Part shown: piece after piece, positions 55,921 to 64,000 of the stretch | Layout of the letters: each line of letters starts with the position of its first letter | Position numbering within the stretch: position 1 is the first letter of the stretch | DNA from: an uncultured delta proteobacterium | GTDB taxonomy: Bacteria > Desulfobacterota > Binatia > Binatales > Binataceae | Assembly (NCBI GenBank): GCA_963717005.1 | Contig: OY970324.1 | Location: 4,241,937-4,305,936, forward strand | Reading direction: 5' to 3' | Length of the DNA: 64,000 nucleotides | Translations under genes and position numbers: made by a program | Notes under the pieces: generated by a model | Told to the model about the DNA's origin: nothing | Database searches by the model: none | What the model saw: only the letters and a program-made list of their open reading frames with translations

Positions 55921-56709
55921 TCACACGCGGCGCAGCACTCCGAGCCAGCGGTAGCGGCATCGGTCGAGCGGCTTGCTGAACGAGAGGTCGCAGTAGGCCG
56001 CGATCATCTTGAACATCCCGGACGCCAGCGCCGCGAGCTCGAGGGTTGCGGGAATCGTGTAACGCACGGGGATCAAATCGCGCGTCGTCACGGCGCCGGC
56101 GGGAAAGTTGATCGTGCATTCCAGCTCGTAGATCGAATGCAGCGGCGAATGCCACGCGATCGGGCGATGATACTCGCGGATGTCGAGCGCGACGCCGGCG
56201 GCATGTGCCGAGCGTTCGCGCCACATCGTGCGATGCGGCACTCGCGCAATCGGGTCCTGGCGATCGATGTCGATGCAGTACAAGCCGCCGCGCTTCAGCG
56301 CACGGCCGACCGACTTGAGATGCGCGAGCAGGTCGGCATTCTCGACGACTACCGGAAACGTTTCGGACATGAAGATTGCGGCATCGAAGGCGCGCTCCGG
56401 CAGAGCGAACTTCTCGATCGGCCGGCGGTAGAAGCGAAGATTCGCGAGCGCGCCCGCTTTGCGGCGTCCCGCCGCGATCATCGTGGGTGAGCGATCGATG
56501 CCGACGACCTCGAATCCATTTTCGTTGCCCGCCAGCAGACGGCCGTGAGGTGAATCGCCGCAGGCGATGTCGAGGATGCGGCGCGTCGGAGCTTTGCGAT
56601 GCCGCTTCCAGACCTGTTCAAGAAACACGACTTCGGCCGGAATTTCGCCGGGACTTTCCAAATGCGCGCGCCGGAAGATGTCGGGATATTGGTAGATGCT
56701 CGGTTCCAT
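55921..56709 (-). CDS. Class I SAM-dependent methyltransferase
   Basis: ILDIACGDSPHG (motif I) and a Rossmann fold. Confidence 0.8.
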   Translation of the reverse strand: MEPSIYQYPDIFRRAHLESPGEIPAEVVFLEQVWKRHRKAPTRRILDIACGDSPHGRLLAGNENGFEVVGIDRSPTMIAAGRRKAGALANLRFYRRPIEKFALPERAFDAAIFMSETFPVVVENADLLAHLKSVGRALKRGGLYCIDIDRQDPIARVPHRTMWRERSAHAAGVALDIREYHRPIAWHSPLHSIYELECTINFPAGAVTTRDLIPVRYTIPATLELAALASGMFKMIAAYCDLSFSKPLDRCRYRWLGVLRRV

Positions 56710-56825
56710 CGGCGATGAGCGTACAAGCGCCGCGCTTTGAGATCGACGCTTGAGATTTCGCGGCGAAGCGCGGGATAATGCCCGCTCATCCGAGTTCCTG
56801 AACGACCGTTTAGGGGTGAGCCACG

Positions 56826-58037
56826 ATGAGCAAGCCACTCGAAGGAATCAAAGTCGTCGAGATCGCGCAGGAAATCCAGGGGCCGTTCGCGTCGCTGGTG
56901 CTGGCCGATATGGGCGCCGACGTGGTCAAGGTCGAGAACAAGGAGACCGGCGATCTGAGCCGTTGGATGCTGGCCGCGCTGATTGGGGGGCCGGAGGTGA
57001 AGAACGCTACGGTCTCGCACTATTTCATCGCGATGAATCGCGGCAAGCGCAGCATCACCGCCGATCTCAAAAAACCCGGCGCCATCGAGATGGTGCGCCG
57101 GATGGTGAAGTCGTACGACGTGCTGGTGACCAACTATCGCCCTGGTGTGCTCGACCGCCTCGGACTCGGCTACGACGACGTGCGCAAAATAAATCCGCGC
57201 ATCGTCTATGCGCAGGGAAGCTCGTGGGGACCGCGCGGTCCGTGGGTGACGCGACCGAGCCGCGACACGCTCGCGCAGGCGGCGAGCGGCGTGATGGCGA
57301 AGACGGGAATGCCGGCCGACCCGCCACTGGCGGCGGGGATGTTCGTCGCGGATCATTCGGGCGCGCTCAGCCTCGCGAGCGGAGTGCTGGCGGCGCTGTT
57401 CGCGCGCGAGCGAACCGGCAAGGGGCAAAAGGTTGACGCGTCTATTTACGGCACGATGATCGCGATGCAGGGGATGGAGATCAACTACACATCAATCACC
57501 GGCGTCGAGCCCGAGCGCGCCGGCCGCGGGCATCAGTTTCTGCGCGGCGTGTGGGGCGCGTTCCCGACCCTCGACGGTCACATCTGTATTGCGGGCGTGG
57601 ACGAGAAGCGCTGGCCGTCGTTCTGCAAGATCGCCGGCATTCAGCATCTCGAGACCGATCCTGAGTATTCGGACAACGTCGTGCGCAATTTTCATGGCGA
57701 GAAGATTCAGAAAGTGCTCGACGAGATCTTCCCCACGAAGACGAGCAAGGAGTGGCTGAAGGAACTCACCGACGCCGACATCCTGGCGACCGAAGTGGTC
57801 GATTACCGCACGATGCTGAAGAGCGAGCAGGCGCGCGTCAACGGATACCTGCTCGAACTCGATCATCCAGTGGCGGGCAAGGTGCTGGTTTCAGGCACGC
57901 CGATAACGATCAATGGCGAAGTCACGACCGCGGCGGAGGCGGCGCCCGAACACGGGCAGCATACCGAGGAAGTGCTGCTCGAACTCGGCTACACGTGGGA
58001 AGAGATCGGCGCGCTGCGCGACAGCGGCGCCGTGTAG
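56826..58037 (+). CDS. Family III CoA-transferase (CaiB/BaiF)
   Basis: N-terminal GIKVVEIAQEIQGPFASLVLADMGADVVKVE, with a conserved Asp-containing core. Confidence 0.88.
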   Translation: MSKPLEGIKVVEIAQEIQGPFASLVLADMGADVVKVENKETGDLSRWMLAALIGGPEVKNATVSHYFIAMNRGKRSITADLKKPGAIEMVRRMVKSYDVLVTNYRPGVLDRLGLGYDDVRKINPRIVYAQGSSWGPRGPWVTRPSRDTLAQAASGVMAKTGMPADPPLAAGMFVADHSGALSLASGVLAALFARERTGKGQKVDASIYGTMIAMQGMEINYTSITGVEPERAGRGHQFLRGVWGAFPTLDGHICIAGVDEKRWPSFCKIAGIQHLETDPEYSDNVVRNFHGEKIQKVLDEIFPTKTSKEWLKELTDADILATEVVDYRTMLKSEQARVNGYLLELDHPVAGKVLVSGTPITINGEVTTAAEAAPEHGQHTEEVLLELGYTWEEIGALRDSGAV

Positions 58038-58041
58038 CGGG

Positions 58042-58971
58042 TCACGGTCGCGTCACGCGATAGATGACGAAGGTCCCGCCGACGTTCAGGTGGTAGTAGA
58101 GAGATTTCTCGTCCGGCGACAACGCGGGAGCTTCGGCGAATCCCGTGATCGCTTCGATCTTGCGAGGCTTCCCAAATGGCTCCGACGTCTTTGCGCGGGT
58201 CGCGGTGTAGATCACAGGCGGCGGCTTCGGCTGCGAACCCTGTTTCGGAATCCGGGTAAAGAAGAACTCGAGTCCCGACTTCGAGACGTCGGGCGCGTAG
58301 TTGAGGTCGTGGGTGTTGATCTTGCGCATGATCTGGGCGCTCTTCTTAAGCCGCGCGAAGTGATCGCCGTTGCGCTTTGCGATCGCGATGCTCGCGTGTT
58401 CGGGAACGCTGCCGCCGTTGAAGACGCCGTCCACAAAGTACAGCGTGCCGCCATCGGGACTGATGCACTGGTCGAAATTGACGTCGCCCAGCTTGTCCTT
58501 TGAAATTCCCGGCACGATCGCGACGTTTGAAACGCTGCCGCCGGAAAACATGCTCCAATAGATGGTCGAATAGGTCTGCGAATAACTTCTGGTCGAGACA
58601 AAATAGAAAACGTTGTTGCTGTCCATCGACGCGACCGCGTTCAGGCCGGTCGCGTTGGCACCCGCGATTTCGCCCTGGAATTGGAACGTCAGGTCGTCGA
58701 TCCGCGTCGCGTAATAGAGATTGGTCTGCGGCAGCGAGTTCGAGTTGTTGAAGAACAAGTAGTTGCCGTCGGGACTGATGAACGGCTCCATCGCGTCCTG
58801 GCTATAGCCCTCGATCGTGACCGGCTCGGGATTGCTGAAGACCCCGAAGACCGGCTTGGCGTCGGGCGCGTCGGCGGCGCGGACGGTAAGTGGCGCGCAC
58901 ATCAGGAACCACGAAATCATCGCGAGCATCGAAATGCGATCAAGCGGAATCATTTTCAGCCTGCCTTCCAT
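58042..58971 (-). CDS. Secreted TolB-like beta-propeller (PD40 repeat) protein
   Basis: Signal peptide, then repeated SPDG..LYF/ISPDGGTLYF motifs. Confidence 0.65.
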   Translation of the reverse strand: MEGRLKMIPLDRISMLAMISWFLMCAPLTVRAADAPDAKPVFGVFSNPEPVTIEGYSQDAMEPFISPDGNYLFFNNSNSLPQTNLYYATRIDDLTFQFQGEIAGANATGLNAVASMDSNNVFYFVSTRSYSQTYSTIYWSMFSGGSVSNVAIVPGISKDKLGDVNFDQCISPDGGTLYFVDGVFNGGSVPEHASIAIAKRNGDHFARLKKSAQIMRKINTHDLNYAPDVSKSGLEFFFTRIPKQGSQPKPPPVIYTATRAKTSEPFGKPRKIEAITGFAEAPALSPDEKSLYYHLNVGGTFVIYRVTRP

Positions 58972-59029
58972 ATTGCATATTAATTCGATCGCGCGCGAGT
59001 TCACGACTGCGCGCGAATAATGGAGGCGC

Positions 59030-59740
59030 ATGGCGGAACGGCATATCGTTGCGATGGGTGGCGGCGGATTTTCGATGGAGCCGCGCAATCCGCGGCTCGA
59101 CGATTTCGTGCTGAGCCTCGCGCGGCGCAAGCGACGACCGCGCGTATGCTTCGTGGGGACTGCGAGCGGCGACAGCGATACGTACATCAGACGGTTTCAC
59201 GAAGCCTTTCCGCCATCGCGCGCCGCCGCGACTCAACTCACTTTCTTCGAGCGAAACGTCCGCGACCTCAAATCGTTTGTAATGGGGCAGGACGTCATCT
59301 ACGTCGGCGGCGGCAGCAGCGCGAACATGATCGCAGTGTGGCGTCTGCATGGACTCGACAAAGCTTTGCGCGCGGCGTGGAACGCGGGCGTCGTGATGGC
59401 GGGAATCAGCGCGGGCGCTATTTGCTGGTTTGAAGACGGCCTGACGGATTCGTTCGGCATGCCGTATCGCGCACTCAACGACGGTCTCGGCTTCGTGCGC
59501 GGCGCGTGCTGTCCGCATTACGATGGCGAGAAAGAGCGGCGGCCGAGGTTGATGCGATTGATCAAGCGCGGCTTCCCCTCGACACTCGCGCTCGACGACG
59601 GCGCCGCGGCGCATTTCGCCGGAACGCGGCTCAAGGAAGTAGTTTCGTCGCGGCCGCATGCACGCGCGATGCGCGTCGAGCTCATCAAGGGCGCGGCAGT
59701 CGAAAGGGCGCTGCCAGTGAGGTATCTCGGTGCGGGCTGA
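59030..59740 (+). CDS. Peptidase E-like / type 1 glutamine amidotransferase-like protein (S51 family)
   Basis: VGGGSSANM and GISAGA (nucleophile Ser). Confidence 0.7.
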   Translation: MAERHIVAMGGGGFSMEPRNPRLDDFVLSLARRKRRPRVCFVGTASGDSDTYIRRFHEAFPPSRAAATQLTFFERNVRDLKSFVMGQDVIYVGGGSSANMIAVWRLHGLDKALRAAWNAGVVMAGISAGAICWFEDGLTDSFGMPYRALNDGLGFVRGACCPHYDGEKERRPRLMRLIKRGFPSTLALDDGAAAHFAGTRLKEVVSSRPHARAMRVELIKGAAVERALPVRYLGAG

Positions 59741-59758
59741 AGAGGCGATCGCGCGTGA

Positions 59759-61110
<1,352 letters not shown>

Positions 61111-61111
<1 letters not shown>

Positions 61112-62676
61112 TGCCCGCGAGGCCGCCGGTTGCAGCGCTGGTAATTTTCGACGGCTGGGGAATCAGCAAGAGCCGCGCGTCGAATGCGATCGCGGCGGCG
61201 AAGACGCCAGTGATGGATCGGCTCTACACCACGCAGGCGCATACCGAGCTTGACGCGTCGGGCGAAGCGGTGGGACTGCCGCCGGGAGTGATGGGCAATT
61301 CGGAAGTCGGGCATCTGACGATCGGCGCGGGCCGGGTCATCTACCAGGACCTGATGCGAATCACGAAGGCGATCGAGAGCGGAGCGTTCGCGCGCAACCC
61401 GGCGATCGTCGGTGCGATCAAAAGGACAGTCAGTCTCGGAACCACGCTGCATATCTGGGGACTGCTCTCGGACGGCAGCGTTCACAGTCATATCGATCAT
61501 CTGATGGCGGTGCTCGAGGTTGCGGCGGCGAACGGCGCGACTCGGATCGCGGTACACGCGGTGCTCGATGGGCGCGACAAGCCGCCGCGATCGGCGCTGG
61601 CGTTCATCGATAAGCTCGAAGCGAAGCTGAAGGTGCTTGGAGGGGATGGCGGGCACGGCGGCGCGCCCAACTATCGAATCGCGACGGTCAGCGGGCGCTA
61701 CTATGCGATGGATCGCGACAAGCGATGGGAGCGCGTCGAGCGGGCGTGGCGCGGGATCGTCGAAGGTGAAGGTGTTGCGGCATCGAGCGCGCGCGAGGCA
61801 GTGGAGAAATCGTACGCCGCCGGCAAGAGCGATGAGTTCGTCGAGCCGCACGTGATCGGTGAGCGGGCGCCGATGGCGGACGGCGACGAGGTCATCTGCT
61901 ACAACTTCCGCGCGGACCGGGCGCGCGAGCTGACGGGCGCGATCGCGCTCGAGGGATTCTCGGAGTTTCGGCGGCGGCGAATCCCGAAGGTCGGCTACGT
62001 TTGCATGACCGAGTACGATCGATCGTTCGAGCTGCCGCTGGCGTTCGGTCCGGAAGATGTGCGCAACACGCTGGCCGAGGTGATGGCGCATGCGGGACTG
62101 AAGAATCTGCGCGTCGCCGAGACCGAGAAATACGCGCACGTCACTTACTTCCTCAATGGCGGCGTCGAAAAAGCGTTCCCACTCGAAGAGCGCGCGCTGA
62201 TTCCGTCGTCGAAGGTCGCGACCTATGACCTGGAGCCGCAGATGAAGGCGGCAGCGATCGCGACGCGCGCCGCCGAGGAAATCGCGGGGCGCAAGTTCGA
62301 CGTGATCGTGATGAACTTCGCCAATCCCGATATGGTCGGGCATACCGGCAAGTTCGAGGCGACGGTGGCGGCGGTCGAGGCGACGGACGCGGCGCTTGGG
62401 GTCGTGATCGACGCACTCGAGAAGCGCGGCGGGGTCGCGCTGATCACGGCGGATCACGGCAATGCGGAATTCATGGCCGACCCCGCGACCGGGCAGGCGC
62501 ATACGGCGCATACGACGAATCCGGTGCCGCTGATTCTGTACGATCCGAAGTTCAAGGGCCGGCTGAAGGACGGCGGCACGCTGGCGGATGTGGCGCCGAC
62601 GCTGCTCGGGATGCTTGAGGTGAAAGCGCCGACAGAGATGACGGGACACGACCTGAGAATCGAGACAGCGCGCTGA
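61111..62676 (+). CDS. gpmI: 2,3-bisphosphoglycerate-independent phosphoglycerate mutase
   Basis: LVIFDGWG...GNSEVGHL. A GTG at 61108 is an alternative start. Overlaps the eno stop. Confidence 0.92.
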
Positions 62677-62838
62677 GCCGTGTATTTGCGGTAGAAGGAG
62701 CGCGCGCAGCGCGCGATTGAGAGACCGGAACCGGCTTCGCGTGCGCGAAGCTGTCCGAGATTCTTCCTGCCGCTCGCGATGCTCGCTTCGTCAGAATGAC
62801 AGAGGGGGCGCGCTGCTGCTCTTATGGGAGAGGGAAAT

Positions 62839-64000
62839 CTACCAGCGGATTACTTGCTCGTAGATTTTCGGGAGCTGACGCGGGAGGGATGCGATGTCCT
62901 CGATGACGAGGTAGCGCGACGATTGGCACATCTGGCGCAGGTAGTCGTGGCCGGTTTTGTCCACCGTGATGCAGAACGGGAGGACGCCGGCGAGCTCGAG
63001 TTCCTTCAACGCGACCATCGTGTCCTGGATGCCGTAGGCGTTGGAGCGGCGGTCGTGGCCGTAGTCGAAATCCTGGGGGAAGCCGTCGCTGAGCAGGATC
63101 ATGTGCTTGGCGCGCGAGGCAACGTCCTTGAATTTCTCGCGCACGTGGCGAATCGCCGCGCCCATCCGGGTTGAGCGCTTGGGCTCGACGGAGCCGATGC
63201 GCGCCTTCACCTCGTCGCTGAGTTCCTGATCGAATTCCTTGATGACGTAGAACTCGACGTTATCGCGGCCGTGGCCGGAGAAGCCCATGATCGCATACGC
63301 GTCACCGATTTCCTCGAGCGCCTGGGCCATGATGACGAGCGCTTCCTTGTTCACGTCGATGATGCGGCGCGGGCGGTTCGCGGTCTGCGGGCGGCGCTGC
63401 CATGCCTTCATCCAGTCGTCGGCGTCGTCATCGTCGGTATGCTTGCGCGGCTCGCGATGGACCGGCTCGTCAGTCGAGGCCGACATATCGAGCAGGAACA
63501 GGGTGGCAACGTCGCGCGCTTCCTTCTTGCGCGCCTTGTACACGCGGTTGTCGGGCGTCTCGCCCATCAGGCGCGCGACGCGAGCCTCGATGGTGCGGTC
63601 GAGATCGATTTCCTCGCCGTCCTCGAGCCCGCGGACCATTCGGTACGACGCGGGGCGGATGCGCTGGAAGTTGCGGCGCACGCCGGGCAGCATCTCGGCA
63701 TAGCGGACGAGCGTGTTCTCGTAGAAATCACCTTCGTCGCCGGTGAGCGGAATCTCGCGCAGGCGGCACCAGTTGCGGCGGTAGTCGTTGAGCACGTAGT
63801 CCCATTCGTCGTAGGCGTAGTACGAATCCTGGCGGCCGCGGCCGATCATCAGGCGTCCCTGTCCGGCGACGGTGCCGACTTCGCCGAGCTGCTCGCGCAT
63901 CTGCTCGAGCTCGCTGAGCTGCTTGCCGGTGAGCTGGGTCAGGTACATGCCGTCGCCCTCGGCGCTGCCGTCGCCTTGCGAGGGTTTGATCTCGGCGCCC
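62839..64000 (-). CDS. vWA domain protein of the NorD/CbbQ-partner type, C-terminal part; the N-terminus lies beyond the window end
   Basis: vWA MIDAS region (FLLDMSAST ... SDG). The frame is open to the window edge. Confidence 0.65.
   Translation of the reverse strand, partial: GAEIKPSQGDGSAEGDGMYLTQLTGKQLSELEQMREQLGEVGTVAGQGRLMIGRGRQDSYYAYDEWDYVLNDYRRNWCRLREIPLTGDEGDFYENTLVRYAEMLPGVRRNFQRIRPASYRMVRGLEDGEEIDLDRTIEARVARLMGETPDNRVYKARKKEARDVATLFLLDMSASTDEPVHREPRKHTDDDDADDWMKAWQRRPQTANRPRRIIDVNKEALVIMAQALEEIGDAYAIMGFSGHGRDNVEFYVIKEFDQELSDEVKARIGSVEPKRSTRMGAAIRHVREKFKDVASRAKHMILLSDGFPQDFDYGHDRRSNAYGIQDTMVALKELELAGVLPFCITVDKTGHDYLRQMCQSSRYLVIEDIASLPRQLPKIYEQVIRW

Overview
This is a 64 kb window of high-GC bacterial chromosome (about 65-68% GC, with frequent GTG/TTG starts). 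Every long reverse-frame ORF is an arginine-rich antisense artefact.

Most of the window is core metabolism. It carries zwf, panB-panC, coaX, a thiS-thiG-thiE operon with a TPP riboswitch, apt, alr, purH-purD, tsaC, eno-gpmI and a two-subunit molybdopterin oxidoreductase. A cobalamin riboswitch precedes a TonB-like gene.

The most interesting stretch is a compact 8-gene divergon at about 10.0-17.3 kb. It encodes a GmhB-like phosphatase, a class III aminotransferase, an ATP-grasp protein resembling inositol-phosphate kinases, a stand-alone nucleotidyltransferase and a HAD phosphatase. Divergent from these are a degenerate-nucleotidyltransferase/CDP-alcohol phosphotransferase fusion, a B12-binding radical SAM enzyme and a small DMT-like membrane protein. 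The architecture matches an IPCT/DIPPS-type pathway for a (modified) cyclitol or sugar phosphodiester. In that form it appears undescribed.

Two lower-GC islets carry orphan genes. One (17.3-19.9 kb) encodes a secreted Cys-rich single-pass membrane protein and an OMP-like fragment. The other lies next to tRNA-Pro (29.4-32.3 kb), encodes a carbonic anhydrase, a DoxX protein and an aldo-keto reductase, and contains a pair of ~70-nt direct repeats.

Several families of CTCTCC/GGAGAG palindromic REP-like elements lie in intergenic regions. No transposase, integrase or CRISPR array was found.
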